Below are positions 38,743-48,698 of a stretch of DNA of 64,000 nt, piece by piece. Each line of letters starts with the position of its first letter. The stretch's first letter is position 1. The DNA comes from an uncultured Verrucomicrobiota bacterium (GTDB lineage: Bacteria > Verrucomicrobiota > Kiritimatiellia > CAIQIC01 > Lenti-01), in the NCBI GenBank assembly GCA_964510645.1, contig CAZECJ010000001.1, forward strand, positions 6,628-70,627, in the 5' to 3' direction. The notes beneath the pieces were generated by a model. It did not search any database, was not told the origin of the DNA, and saw only the letters and a program-made list of their open reading frames with translations. The position numbers were made by a program, and so were the translations under genes.

Positions 38743-40169
38743 GGGGCTGTCTGCGGCTGGAGCGCGAGGCGGCGCAGCGTGCGCAGCTGGAGGGACACGA
38801 GGGGCACGGAGATCAGGAAGGTCAGGGAATCCGAGGCGGGGGCGGCCGCATAGAGGCCCGGCAGGCCCCAGAATCTCGGAAAGATCAGCAGAAAGGGAAT
38901 GAACAGCAGGATCTGCCGGGACAGGGCGATGAGCGTGGCCTGCACGGGCTTGCCGATGGCTTGGAAGAATTGGCCGCCCATGATCGGGAACCCGATGATC
39001 GGGAAGGCGAGGGTAAAGATGCGCAAGGCGCGCACGCCGAGGGGGATCAGGTCCGAATCGGCGGCGACGAACAGGCGCAGGATGGGGACGGGGAAGAGCT
39101 GGCTGACGCTCCAGCCCACGACCATCAGGACCGTGGCGGACAGGGCGGAAATCCAGAACAGGTGCCGGACGCGGTCGTACTTGCGCGCGCCGTAGTTGTA
39201 GCCCATCAGCGGCTGGGCGCCCTGCGAGAGGCCGAAAACGGGCATGAAGATGATGCTCATGTAGGCCGTGAGGATGCCCATGACCGCGATGGCGTCGTCC
39301 CCGCCGTATCGGCCTAGGCCGCGGTTGAGGATCACGTTGAGCAAGCTGTTGGCGAAATTCATCGCGAAGGGCGCGAACCCGATGGCCAGCAGCGGCCAGA
39401 CGACGTGGCGCAGGTCGAGGCGCAGGTGGCGGCGGCGGAGGCGGGTGCCGGCCCCCGGCAGCAGGAAATAGCCGAAACACCAGGCGAAGGAGAGGCCTTG
39501 CGAGATCACGGTGGCCCAGGCGGCGCCGGCCATGCCCCAGCGGAACACGAAGATGAACAGCGGATCGAGGATCGTGTTGACGACCGCGCCGATCAGCATG
39601 GCCACCATCGAAATATGCGGATGTCCGTCCGACCGGATGAAATGCGACAAGCCGTGGCCGGTGGTGCTGAGGGCGATGCCGAAGAGAATGACGCGGGCGT
39701 AGGAGCGGGCATAGGGCAGGAGTTCCTTGCCGGCGCCCACGAGGCGCAGCAGGGGGTCGAGGTAGACCAAGGCGACGAGCGACGCCGCCAGCGGGACGAA
39801 GAACAGCAGTCCGAAGGCGTTTCCGAGGATCCGCTCGGCCTCTTCCCGCCGGCCTTCGCCCATGCGGATGGAAAAAAGCGTGTTGGCGCCCACGCCGACC
39901 AGGATCGAGAACGAAACCATGGCCATCATCAGCGGGAAGCTGATGGTGACGCCCGCGATGCCCTGCGGGCCGATGCCGTAGCCGATGAACATGCGGTCCA
40001 CGATGTTGTAGAGCGCGTTGACGAGCATCCCGACGATGGCCGGGATGGAAAACCGCAGCAGCAACCGGCCGACGCGGTCGGTTCCGATCGAATCGGTGGC
40101 ATTCGCTGGGGCGGGCGGGGGTTCGGATGTGCGTTCCATGTCCAAGGCGATCCAGAAATTGGAGGCCAT
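38739..40169 (-). CDS. MATE-family efflux transporter
   Basis: 476 aa, about 12 TM. It has the typical MATE N-terminus LLRFSIPAIVGMLVNALYNIVDRMFIG and an internal repeat of it. An alternative ATG is at 40139. Confidence 0.9.
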   Translation of the reverse strand: MASNFWIALDMERTSEPPPAPANATDSIGTDRVGRLLLRFSIPAIVGMLVNALYNIVDRMFIGYGIGPQGIAGVTISFPLMMAMVSFSILVGVGANTLFSIRMGEGRREEAERILGNAFGLLFFVPLAASLVALVYLDPLLRLVGAGKELLPYARSYARVILFGIALSTTGHGLSHFIRSDGHPHISMVAMLIGAVVNTILDPLFIFVFRWGMAGAAWATVISQGLSFAWCFGYFLLPGAGTRLRRRHLRLDLRHVVWPLLAIGFAPFAMNFANSLLNVILNRGLGRYGGDDAIAVMGILTAYMSIIFMPVFGLSQGAQPLMGYNYGARKYDRVRHLFWISALSATVLMVVGWSVSQLFPVPILRLFVAADSDLIPLGVRALRIFTLAFPIIGFPIMGGQFFQAIGKPVQATLIALSRQILLFIPFLLIFPRFWGLPGLYAAAPASDSLTFLISVPLVSLQLRTLRRLALQPQTAP

Positions 40170-40269
40170 CCTACGCCCCGGGCGCCGGAAGGGCGAGCGG
40201 GGATTTCATGGCGGCCGGGCTCGATTTTTGGCTGTTTTCCCGCATGAAACAGGGTAGGATGCGTCCGTA

Positions 40270-40788
40270 ATGACCGATTTCCAGACAGCGCACCAATTGT
40301 GGGCCCCTTGGCGCATGGAGTTCATCCGCGGGCCGAAGGAAGAGGGCTGCTTCCTGTGCCGGATCGCTCGCGACGGCCCGGCGAAGGACGCCGAGAATCT
40401 CGTGGTTTGCCACCGCAAGACGGGCTTGCTGCTCTTGAACCGTTATCCCTACAACGGCGGCCATCTGATGGCGGCGCCCCTGCGCCACGTGGGGACGCTG
40501 GGGGCCCTGGCCGCCGACGAGATGCGGGAACTGATGGAATTGACCTGCCTGGCGCAGCGCTTGCTGGAGAAGGTGATGCATCCCGACGGATTCAACGTCG
40601 GCCTCAACCAAGGTTCGGCGGCGGGGGCGGGCCTGAAAGACCATCTGCACATGCACGTCGTGCCCCGGTGGGAAGGCGATACGAACTTCATGCCGGTGCT
40701 GGGCCGCGTGCGGGTGATGCCGCAGGCGCTCGACGAGGTGCATGCGGCGCTGGCGGCGGAACTGGCCCGGGAAGGAGCCGGGGCGTAG
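40270..40788 (+). CDS. HIT-family nucleotide hydrolase/transferase
   Basis: 172 aa with the histidine triad HLHMHVVPRW and LNRYPYNGGHLM, typical of the HIT superfamily. Confidence 0.88.
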   Translation: MTDFQTAHQLWAPWRMEFIRGPKEEGCFLCRIARDGPAKDAENLVVCHRKTGLLLLNRYPYNGGHLMAAPLRHVGTLGALAADEMRELMELTCLAQRLLEKVMHPDGFNVGLNQGSAAGAGLKDHLHMHVVPRWEGDTNFMPVLGRVRVMPQALDEVHAALAAELAREGAGA

Positions 40789-40802
40789 GCCGCGAAATCG
40801 CC

Positions 40803-41777
40803 ATGGCGGAACGCACCATCCATTTCGACAACGCCCGCGAGGCGCAGGACGTGACCGGCCCGCGCGAGGAGTACCTGCCCGCGCTGGAGCAGGCGTTCGG
40901 CGTCTCGGCGGTCTCGCGCGACCTCTGGCTGAAGCTCGAAGGCGAACCCGCGCAGATGGCGGCGGCGGGCGCGTTCGTGGAGGGGCTGTTGCGGGCGCGG
41001 AACGCGGGCATGCTGCTGACCCGGCACGCGGTGGATTATGCGCGGCAGGCCTATGCGGAGGGCCGCGGCGCGGATTTGGAGCAATTGACCGGCATGCGGG
41101 TCGACGTCGCGCCCGGCCGCGCGCCGGTGTTTCCGCGCACGTTCGGCCAGGCGGCGTTCCTCGCCGCCATCCGCACGAGCGAACTGACGTTCGGCCTTGG
41201 CCCGGCCGGCACCGGCAAAACCTGGCTGGCGATGGCGATGGCCGTTTCGGCGCTGCTGAAGAACGAGGTTTCGCGCATCATCCTGACCCGGCCCGCCGTG
41301 GAAGCGGGCGAGGCGCTCGGGTTCCTGCCGGGCGATCTTCAGCAAAAAATCCTGCCGTATCTGCGGCCCCTGTACGACGCCCTGCACGAGATGATGCCGG
41401 CCGAGGACATGCCCGGCCTGGTCGAGCGCGGCGTGATCGAGGTCGCCCCGCTGGCCTACATGCGCGGCCGCACGCTGAACCGCGCCTTCGTCATCCTCGA
41501 CGAGGCGCAGAACTCGACGCGCGAGCAGATGCTGATGTTCCTGACCCGGCTGGGCTTCGGCTCCAAGGCGGTGGTAAACGGCGATCTGACCCAGGTGGAT
41601 CTGCCCGCCCACAAGATGCCGGGCCTGCTGGAAGCGGAATTTCTGCTGCGCAACGTGGCGGGCGTCGGCGTCGTGCGCCTGACGGGCGCGGACGTGGTCC
41701 GGCATCCGCTGGTGCAGCGGATCATCGAGGCCTACAAGGGCCGTGAAAAGGGCATCGGCAATGGGGGGGGCGGCTGA
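40803..41777 (+). CDS. phoH: PhoH-family ATPase (YbeZ-like)
   Basis: The start is MAERTIHFDN at 40803. Walker A is GPAGTGKTWLAMA, Walker B is VILDEAQN, and GDLTQVDLP is present. The 40299 start in the track is an extension through the HIT gene. Confidence 0.92.
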   Translation: MAERTIHFDNAREAQDVTGPREEYLPALEQAFGVSAVSRDLWLKLEGEPAQMAAAGAFVEGLLRARNAGMLLTRHAVDYARQAYAEGRGADLEQLTGMRVDVAPGRAPVFPRTFGQAAFLAAIRTSELTFGLGPAGTGKTWLAMAMAVSALLKNEVSRIILTRPAVEAGEALGFLPGDLQQKILPYLRPLYDALHEMMPAEDMPGLVERGVIEVAPLAYMRGRTLNRAFVILDEAQNSTREQMLMFLTRLGFGSKAVVNGDLTQVDLPAHKMPGLLEAEFLLRNVAGVGVVRLTGADVVRHPLVQRIIEAYKGREKGIGNGGGG

Positions 41778-44194
41778 TGGCCTTCCCGTTCGGCAAGAAA
41801 ACGAAAGGCGGTTGGGGCGTGCGGATCGTTCCCCCGCCGCGCCAGGGCCGCGGCTGGCCGATCGCGGGAAACCTGGGCCTGCTGCTGGCGCTGTGGCTGG
41901 CCGGCGTGGCGTCCATCCATCTGGGCGGTCCGCAGGGCTACGCCGGCTTGGCGGATGGCCAGCGCGCGCCGGCCACGGTCGTCGCCGCCGTCGATTTCGA
42001 CTGCATCAACGTGGCCGCGACGGAATTGCTCCGCCGGCAAGCCGCCGAAACCGTCGTGCCGGTTTTTACCATCCAGATGGGGCCCCTGCAGGCCGGATGG
42101 CGGGCCTTGGAAAAACTGGCGGACCGCGCCATCGCCCTCCGGCGCGAACTGGACGCGGCCGCGCCCAAGGGCGCCTCGGCGGCGCCCGGCGCCGGCGCCG
42201 CCGCGACGAAGACGCTGGAATCGGGATTGGCGGTCGCCGCCGATCTGCTGGGGCTTTCGGTCTCGGGCGACACGCTCGCGAATTTGTTTCCGCCCGGCAA
42301 GGAAATGGACGTGCTGGCCGCGCTGAAAGACAGCCTGTCCGGCGTCTGGATGAACGGCATCTTGTCGGAGGCGGATCGGGAGAGCGGGTTCCAGGGATTG
42401 TCGCAAAGCACGACCATCGACATTTTCCAGCCGTCGGATGACGCCGGGGAACGCGCCGTCCGCACCGTCCATCTGGAGAACCTGCCTTCGGTGGAGGCCG
42501 CGCTGGCGGCGTATCGGGAGGAAGCGAAAAAACGCCTGGCGAAGCTGGGCATCGAGGCGACCGACAAGGCGATCGAGGATATGGTCCGTCCGTCGCTCCG
42601 CCCCAATCTGGACTACGACGAGCGCACGACGCAGGAGCGCCGCGCGGCGATCCAGCGGATCATCGAACCGGTCGAAATGACGGTGCGGGAAGGCACGACG
42701 CTCATGGAGGAGGGCACCACGGTCGTCCCGCAGACGGTGGAGATGATCGACGCCTACAACCGCCGGGTGGCGGAGATGGAATCTCCCCGCGATCAGCGGA
42801 TGAAACGGCTCGGAGACGCCGCCTTGATGTGGATCGTGCTGGTGATGTGCGCGGGTTGGCTGAAGGGCACCCAGCCCGGCGTCTATGCGAACGTCCGCCG
42901 CAAACTGCTGCTGGTGCTGCTGGGTCTGCTGGCCATCGTTCTTGCGAGCCTGTACCGCTATGTTTCGGTCAATCTGAACTGGATTCCCCCGTGGCTGGTT
43001 CCCTTCGCCATTCCCCTCGCGCTGCCGGCCATGCTGGCGGTCTTGATCCTGGGGGCGCCGTCCGCCTTGGCGGTCGGACTCTGGAGCGCCTTGTCGTCGG
43101 CCCTGATCTTCGGCCGCAGCTTCGAGTTGCTGTTGCTGGGCCTGGGCGGTTCGGTGCTGGCGGTGGCGTTGCTGCGGAACGTGCGCAAGCGGTCGCAGGT
43201 CGTGCGCGCCGGCGTGGCCGTGGGCCTGTTCGAGGGCGCGCTGGCGCTGGCGCTGGCGGCGCTGGCCCAGCAGACGACGGCCACCTGGCTGACGCAAGTG
43301 GGCACCGGCCTGGCCGGCGCGTTCTTTTCGGCGATTCTGGCCTTGCTGCTGCTGCCGTTCCTGGAATGGCTGTTCCAGCACACGACCGGCATTTCGCTGC
43401 TCGAACTGACCGACATGAGCCACCCCCTGCTGCAGCGGCTGGCGCTCGAGGCGCCCGGCACCTACCACCACAGCCTGATGGCGGGGGCGATCGGCCAGGC
43501 CGCCGCCAACCGCATCGGCGCGGATGGCCTGCTCGTGCTGGTCTGCGCCTATTTCCACGACGTCGGCAAGCTCGCCAAACCGGAGTTCTTCTCCGAAAAC
43601 CAGCGCGGCGGGGAAAATCCGCACGACAGCCTGGCGCCGAGCATGAGCGCGCTGGTGATCCAGTCGCACGTGAAGGAAGGCTTCACGCTGGCCAAGCGCT
43701 ACAAGCTGCCGCGGCCCGTCTGCGACGGCATCCGCACGCACCACGGCACCACGCTGACTTCCTACTTCTACCAGGTCGCCCGCCGCGCGCTGAAGGATGC
43801 CGGCCTGGCCGAGGATGCCGGCCTCGAAAGCAGCTACCGCTACGACGGCCCCAAGCCCTGGACGCGCGAACAAGCCATCCTGATGCTGGCCGACACCGTC
43901 GAGGCCGCCTCCCGCTCGCTGGAAAAGGCCGCGCCCAACCGCATCGCCGAGATGGTCGAGACGTTGATGCGCGACAAGCTGCTCGACGGGCAGCTCGACC
44001 ACTGCCCGCTCACGCTCGCGGATCTCCACGAGATCCGGAGCGCATTCGTGTTCGCGCTGACGAACATCCTGCATGGAAGGAATCCCTATCCCCGTGAAAA
44101 TCCATCTGCTCAACCGGCAGCGGGCGCTGCGGGTCTGTCCGGCGGCGTTCCGGCGGCTGATCCGGACGCTGGCGGCGCAAGCGTTTCCCGCTGA
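41777..44194 (+). CDS. 7TM-HD (PgpH/YqfF-like) membrane phosphohydrolase
   Basis: 805 aa with an extracytoplasmic N-domain, 7 TM helices and a C-terminal HD domain (HSLMAGAIGQ...YFHDVGK). The start overlaps the phoH stop by 1 nt. Confidence 0.9.
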   Translation: MAFPFGKKTKGGWGVRIVPPPRQGRGWPIAGNLGLLLALWLAGVASIHLGGPQGYAGLADGQRAPATVVAAVDFDCINVAATELLRRQAAETVVPVFTIQMGPLQAGWRALEKLADRAIALRRELDAAAPKGASAAPGAGAAATKTLESGLAVAADLLGLSVSGDTLANLFPPGKEMDVLAALKDSLSGVWMNGILSEADRESGFQGLSQSTTIDIFQPSDDAGERAVRTVHLENLPSVEAALAAYREEAKKRLAKLGIEATDKAIEDMVRPSLRPNLDYDERTTQERRAAIQRIIEPVEMTVREGTTLMEEGTTVVPQTVEMIDAYNRRVAEMESPRDQRMKRLGDAALMWIVLVMCAGWLKGTQPGVYANVRRKLLLVLLGLLAIVLASLYRYVSVNLNWIPPWLVPFAIPLALPAMLAVLILGAPSALAVGLWSALSSALIFGRSFELLLLGLGGSVLAVALLRNVRKRSQVVRAGVAVGLFEGALALALAALAQQTTATWLTQVGTGLAGAFFSAILALLLLPFLEWLFQHTTGISLLELTDMSHPLLQRLALEAPGTYHHSLMAGAIGQAAANRIGADGLLVLVCAYFHDVGKLAKPEFFSENQRGGENPHDSLAPSMSALVIQSHVKEGFTLAKRYKLPRPVCDGIRTHHGTTLTSYFYQVARRALKDAGLAEDAGLESSYRYDGPKPWTREQAILMLADTVEAASRSLEKAAPNRIAEMVETLMRDKLLDGQLDHCPLTLADLHEIRSAFVFALTNILHGRNPYPRENPSAQPAAGAAGLSGGVPAADPDAGGASVSR

Positions 44195-44558
44195 GGCGCC
44201 CGCCCCCTTCGGCGAGCTGTCGGTCACGCTGACGGACGACGCCGCGATGCCCGCCTACAAGGCGGGCTGCTTCGGCATGCGCGTGCAGACCGACGTGGTG
44301 GCGCAGTCCTATGAAGCCGTTCCCGGCGTCTGCGCGGCGACGGCGGAGCTGATCCTGAACGCCGAGCGCGCCCGAGCCGAAGGCCGGACCCGCGCCGGCG
44401 GCCCCGCGCGCGAACTCGCGCTCTATCTCGCGCACGGCCTCGACCACCTGGCCGGTGCCGACGACGATACGCCCGCGCGCCGCCGCGCCATGCGCCGCCG
44501 CGAAACCGCGTGGCTGGCCGCCGCGCCGGCCGCTGTCCGGGGGATCCTGGCAAAATGA
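44073..44558 (+). CDS. ybeY: endoribonuclease YbeY (rRNA maturation factor), variant metal motif
   Basis: IHLLNRQRAL..., TDVVAQSYEA and LAHGLDHLAGADDD align with the YbeY family motif HGxLHLxGYDH. It is in the canonical position after phoH/pgpH. As called it overlaps the pgpH 3' end by 122 nt, so a later start (for example GTG near 44094) is possible. Confidence 0.82.
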   Translation: MEGIPIPVKIHLLNRQRALRVCPAAFRRLIRTLAAQAFPAEAPAPFGELSVTLTDDAAMPAYKAGCFGMRVQTDVVAQSYEAVPGVCAATAELILNAERARAEGRTRAGGPARELALYLAHGLDHLAGADDDTPARRRAMRRRETAWLAAAPAAVRGILAK

Positions 44559-45295
44559 TCCTCAAGGACGAGGCCATTGCGCTGCGGATGCATCCGTTCG
44601 GCAACACGTCGCGCATCGTCGTGTGGCTGTCGAAAACGCACGGCAAGCTGGCGACGCTGGTGAAGGGCAGCCAGCGGGATCGCAGCGGATTCCTGGGCCA
44701 GTACGACCTGTTCTATACCTGCGAAATCCTGTTCTATGCGCGCGAACAGCGCAACCTGCACGTCCTGAAGGAGTGCGCCCCGCTGGACGCGCGCGCGGCG
44801 TTCCGGTCGGATTGGCGCGCCTGCGCGGCGGCCTCCTACGCCGCGGGGGCGCTGGACCGCGCGCTGCCGTTCGGCCCCGCGCCGGCGGGCTTGCATCGCT
44901 TGCTGGCGGATACGCTGGACCGGCTGGCCGTCCGCACGCCGGGACCGGCCTTCCTGCCGCGCTTCGAACTGCTGCTGTTGCAGGAACTCGGCCTCGCGCC
45001 GGCGTGGGATGCCTGCGCGAAGTGCCGCGCGGATCTGCGCGGCGGCGCGGCGGCGCGCCTCGATGTGGCGCATGGCGCGCTCTGGTGCGAAGCCTGCGCC
45101 GCGGACCGGGGCCTGGCCGTTTCCGCCGCCGCGCTCGCCGCCATCCGGCAAATGCGCGGAGACATCCTGCCGGCTTCGCTGCCCGAACGCACGTTCCGAG
45201 AAGTGCGCGCGCTCATGGGCGGCCTGCTCGAGCACCAGGCCGACTTTTCGTCCCGCGCGCGCGACCTTGCTTTCCAGGTGCTGGCCGCCGGCTGA
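44555..45295 (+). CDS. recO: DNA repair protein RecO
   Basis: The start is MILKDEAIALRMHPFGNTSRIVVWLSKTHGKLATLVKG (RecO N-terminal OB fold). A C-terminal Cys pair motif is present (CAKC...CEAC). The ATG overlaps the ybeY stop (ATGA). Confidence 0.88.
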   Translation: MILKDEAIALRMHPFGNTSRIVVWLSKTHGKLATLVKGSQRDRSGFLGQYDLFYTCEILFYAREQRNLHVLKECAPLDARAAFRSDWRACAAASYAAGALDRALPFGPAPAGLHRLLADTLDRLAVRTPGPAFLPRFELLLLQELGLAPAWDACAKCRADLRGGAAARLDVAHGALWCEACAADRGLAVSAAALAAIRQMRGDILPASLPERTFREVRALMGGLLEHQADFSSRARDLAFQVLAAG

Positions 45296-45318
45296 GGGGA
45301 TTCCGCGGATCGTGCGGG

Positions 45319-45346
45319 TTGCAATTTCCCGGTGTTGGACTACAGT
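45319..45346 (+). promoter_or_regulatory. candidate promoter for the GH13 gene (would give a very short leader)
   Basis: TTGCAA (45319..45324), 16 nt, TACAGT (45341..45346). The ATG is at 45356. This is a motif-level call only. Confidence 0.25.
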
Positions 45347-45355
45347 CGGTGCCGC

Positions 45356-48300
45356 ATGAAACGGAACCTCGTTCTGTTCACCCTGTTCTGCATGTCCGGC
45401 TGGCCGGAGAAGGGCTTCGCGCAGTCGGGCCGTCCGGGCCTGGGGTCCATTCCGTATGCGGACGCGGCGGGGACCGGGGTGACGTTCCGGGTCTGGGCGC
45501 CCGGGGCGGCGAGCGTGAGCGTGGCCGGCTCGTTCAACGGCTGGAACACGGCGGCGAATCCGCTGGTCTTGGAAAGCGCAACGGCGGGAACGTGGTCGGC
45601 GGACGTGGCGGCGGCGCGGACGAATGCCAGCTACAAGTACGTGGTGAACGGTTCGCTGTGGCGGAGCGATCCGCGCAGCCGGATCATCCAGGCGGGGGAC
45701 AACAACAACGCGGTGGTCGTCGCGACCAACGCGTTCAATTGGAATGGCGATTCGGCAAGCATCACGAACGTGCGGGATCTGGTGATCTACGAGGCGCACG
45801 TGGGAACCTTCCCGGGGGCGGCGGGGACGTTCGCGGCGTTCACGAACCGCCTGGACGAGCTGGCGGCGCTGGGGGCGACGGCGATCGAGCTGATGCCGAT
45901 CAATGAATTTCCGAGCGCGACGAGCTGGGGCTACAACCCGGCGTATCCCTTCGCGGTGGAGCGGAACTACGGGACGCCGGACGACCTGCGCCGGTTGGTG
46001 CAGAGCGGCCACCGGCAGGGGCTGGTGTTCCTGCTGGACGTGGTGCACAACCATTGGGACGGCGATTCCTCGCTGTGGGAAATCGACGGGACGACGCCGG
46101 GGCCGTATTTCTTCGGGAACGATCCATACACCTACACCGCGTGGGGGCCGCGGCCCGACTATGGGCGCGCGGAGGTGCGGGAGTACATCAACGACACCTT
46201 CCGGACGTGGCTGGACGAATACCACGTCAGCGGCTTCCGCTGGGACGCGCCGAAGCACATCATCTATACCACCAACGACGTCTTCATCCCCGACGGCTTG
46301 GCGATGGCGACCAACGCGCTGCGCATGATGGCGACGGAGTATTCCGGCGTCTGGAACATCGCGGAAGACACCAAGGAGATCGGCGGCTTCGACCGCCACT
46401 GGGATCTGACGTTCGCGTCGGAACTCAAGGGCGTGCTGACGCAGGGTCCGGACGCAAACCGCGACATGGCGACGGTGGCGCGCAACGTGGCGGGGATGCC
46501 GGGACGGATCATCTTCACCGAGTCGCACGACACGACGGGCGACCTGAACGGCGGCGCGCGCCTGCCGACGGCGATCCAAGGCACCGCGCCGGAAGGCTAC
46601 TATGCGCGCAAGCGGTCGCAACTGGGCATGGCGCTGGTGATGACCTCGCCCGGGACTCCGATGGTCTGGCAGGGCCAGGAAGTGCTGGAGACCAACCAAT
46701 TCAGCGACACCCGGCCGATGGATTGGACCCGCACGAACAGCCAGGCCGGGAATTGGCGGCTCTACCGCGACCTGATCCGCCTGCGGCGCAATCTGGACGG
46801 CGTTTCGGCGGGGCTGCTGGGCGATTCCGCCAGCGTCTACCAGGTGGATAACGTGAACAAGCTGATCGCCTACAGCCGCTGGGACAGCGTCCAGACGGGA
46901 GCCGCGACGGTGGTCGTGGCGAATTTCGCGAACGCCGTGCGCAGCAATTTGACCGTGCAGTTTCCGGCGCCGGGCACCTGGTATGCGCTGTTCAACGGCG
47001 ATTCGACCGACTACGCCGCCGACTATGGCGGCGTCGGGAGTCTCGCGGTCGCGGCGTCGGGAGAGCCCGCGACGGGGGCGCTGACGATCGGCCCCTACAG
47101 CGCGCTGATCTTCTCGCAGATCCCGCGCACGGGCATGGTGTTGCGCGAAGCGCTGGCGACGGACCGGCCGGCGGGCAACGGCGATGGCGTGCTGGACCCG
47201 GGCGAAACGATCCGCGAGCAGCTCGTTCTGTGGAACAAGTCTTCGCTGGCCGCGACGGGTCTGGTCGCGACGCTTGTTTCCCTGTCGGCGGGCGTGGCCG
47301 TCGAGCAAGGCGTTTCGGCCTACGATCCGCTGGCGGCGGACGGGACGGGGACGAACCTCGCGGATTTCGCCTATCGCCTCGATCCGGACTTGGCCTGCGG
47401 CACCGTGCTGCAGTTCCGGGTGGAGACGGCTTTCAACGGCCAGACGTTGACCAACGTCTTCGACCGGGTCGTCGGTCGCTTCGTCGGCCAGCCGCCGACG
47501 ACCAACGCGTTCGGCATCGACGCGCCCACGCCGATCCTGGACAACGCCACGACCTATTCCGATCTGACGATCGCCGAGACGGGCGAGCCGGTGATCGAGG
47601 ACGTCGACGTGCGGATCCGGATCGACCATACCTACGACCGGGATCTGGTGCTGGCGCTGCGGCATCCGGACGGATCGGAAGTGCTGCTGGTGAACCGGCG
47701 CGGCCGCAACGAGAACGACTTCGGGACGGGCGCATGCGGATCCGCCGCGTACACCGTGCTGGACCAGTCCGCGCTCCTCTCCATCACCAACGGCACCGCG
47801 CCGTTCGCGGGGACCTACCGGCCGGAAAGCTCCCTGGATGCGTTCATCGGCAAGCCGCTGAACGGCACTTGGCGCCTGCGCATGTCGGACGTCGTCGATT
47901 CGGACGCAGGCACGAACCTGTGCTGGAGCCTCCAGGCCGTTTTCGAGCAGCAAAGCTGCGAATGCGCCGTCTTCAGCAACCGCCCGCCGACGGCCCGCGC
48001 CACCAACCTCTGGGTGTTCGGCCCCACGAATTTTGCGCTGGCGGGCGACGACGAGGATGGCCAGCCGCTGATCTTCGAGCTGCGCCACGCGCCCGCCCAC
48101 GGCATCTTCGCGCTGCGGTCGGCCACCAACGGCGAATCGACCTATGCGCCGGTGCATGGGTTCGTCGGCACGGACGCCGTCGATTTCGCCGTGTCGGACG
48201 GCTTGGCTACCAGCGCCGCCGCCACGGCGACCTTCGTCGTGCCGCCGCCGGCCGACGTCAACTCCAACGGCCTGCCGGACGACTGGGAAATGCGCTATTG

Positions 48301-48655
48301 GACGAATTTGGTTTCGGCTCTGCCGGACGGAGACGACGACGTCGATGGAGTGCCCAACCGCGCCGAATACGGGGCGAATACCGATCCGCGGGACGGCCGG
48401 TCGGCGTTGCGGCTGCTTCCGCTCGATCTCGGGGCGGCAATGACCCTGCGGTGGCCCTCCGTCGGCGGAACCCGCTACCGCGTGGAAGTCGATGCGGATT
48501 CCCAGCTGGAGTCGTTCCGGCCGCTGGACCGGCCGCTGGAGCAAGAAATCGATCCGGCCGCCTATGGAACGCCATCGGTCCAGACGTACGTCGACGGCGA
48601 GCTTTCGCCGACGAATCGTTCGCGCATCTTCCGGATCCGCGTGCTGAACGAATAG
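45356..48655 (+). CDS. secreted GH13 alpha-amylase-family enzyme (CBM48/E-set + catalytic domain) fused to a proprotein-convertase P-domain, an Ig/cadherin-like domain and a TSP3-like tail
   Basis: Signal peptide MKRNLVLFTLFCMSG. The E-set region is GVTFRVWAPGAASVSVAGSFNGWN. The four GH13 regions are DVVHNH, GFRWDAPKH, NIAEDTKE and FTESHDT. The P-domain block is DVDVRIRIDHTYDRDLVLALRHPDGSEVLLV...GTWRLRMSD.VDSDAGTNLCWSL. Confidence 0.88.
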   Translation: MKRNLVLFTLFCMSGWPEKGFAQSGRPGLGSIPYADAAGTGVTFRVWAPGAASVSVAGSFNGWNTAANPLVLESATAGTWSADVAAARTNASYKYVVNGSLWRSDPRSRIIQAGDNNNAVVVATNAFNWNGDSASITNVRDLVIYEAHVGTFPGAAGTFAAFTNRLDELAALGATAIELMPINEFPSATSWGYNPAYPFAVERNYGTPDDLRRLVQSGHRQGLVFLLDVVHNHWDGDSSLWEIDGTTPGPYFFGNDPYTYTAWGPRPDYGRAEVREYINDTFRTWLDEYHVSGFRWDAPKHIIYTTNDVFIPDGLAMATNALRMMATEYSGVWNIAEDTKEIGGFDRHWDLTFASELKGVLTQGPDANRDMATVARNVAGMPGRIIFTESHDTTGDLNGGARLPTAIQGTAPEGYYARKRSQLGMALVMTSPGTPMVWQGQEVLETNQFSDTRPMDWTRTNSQAGNWRLYRDLIRLRRNLDGVSAGLLGDSASVYQVDNVNKLIAYSRWDSVQTGAATVVVANFANAVRSNLTVQFPAPGTWYALFNGDSTDYAADYGGVGSLAVAASGEPATGALTIGPYSALIFSQIPRTGMVLREALATDRPAGNGDGVLDPGETIREQLVLWNKSSLAATGLVATLVSLSAGVAVEQGVSAYDPLAADGTGTNLADFAYRLDPDLACGTVLQFRVETAFNGQTLTNVFDRVVGRFVGQPPTTNAFGIDAPTPILDNATTYSDLTIAETGEPVIEDVDVRIRIDHTYDRDLVLALRHPDGSEVLLVNRRGRNENDFGTGACGSAAYTVLDQSALLSITNGTAPFAGTYRPESSLDAFIGKPLNGTWRLRMSDVVDSDAGTNLCWSLQAVFEQQSCECAVFSNRPPTARATNLWVFGPTNFALAGDDEDGQPLIFELRHAPAHGIFALRSATNGESTYAPVHGFVGTDAVDFAVSDGLATSAAATATFVVPPPADVNSNGLPDDWEMRYWTNLVSALPDGDDDVDGVPNRAEYGANTDPRDGRSALRLLPLDLGAAMTLRWPSVGGTRYRVEVDADSQLESFRPLDRPLEQEIDPAAYGTPSVQTYVDGELSPTNRSRIFRIRVLNE

Positions 48656-48698
48656 TTTTGGGATTGCCACCGGCGGCGGAAATCCTTTTGATGGCGGG

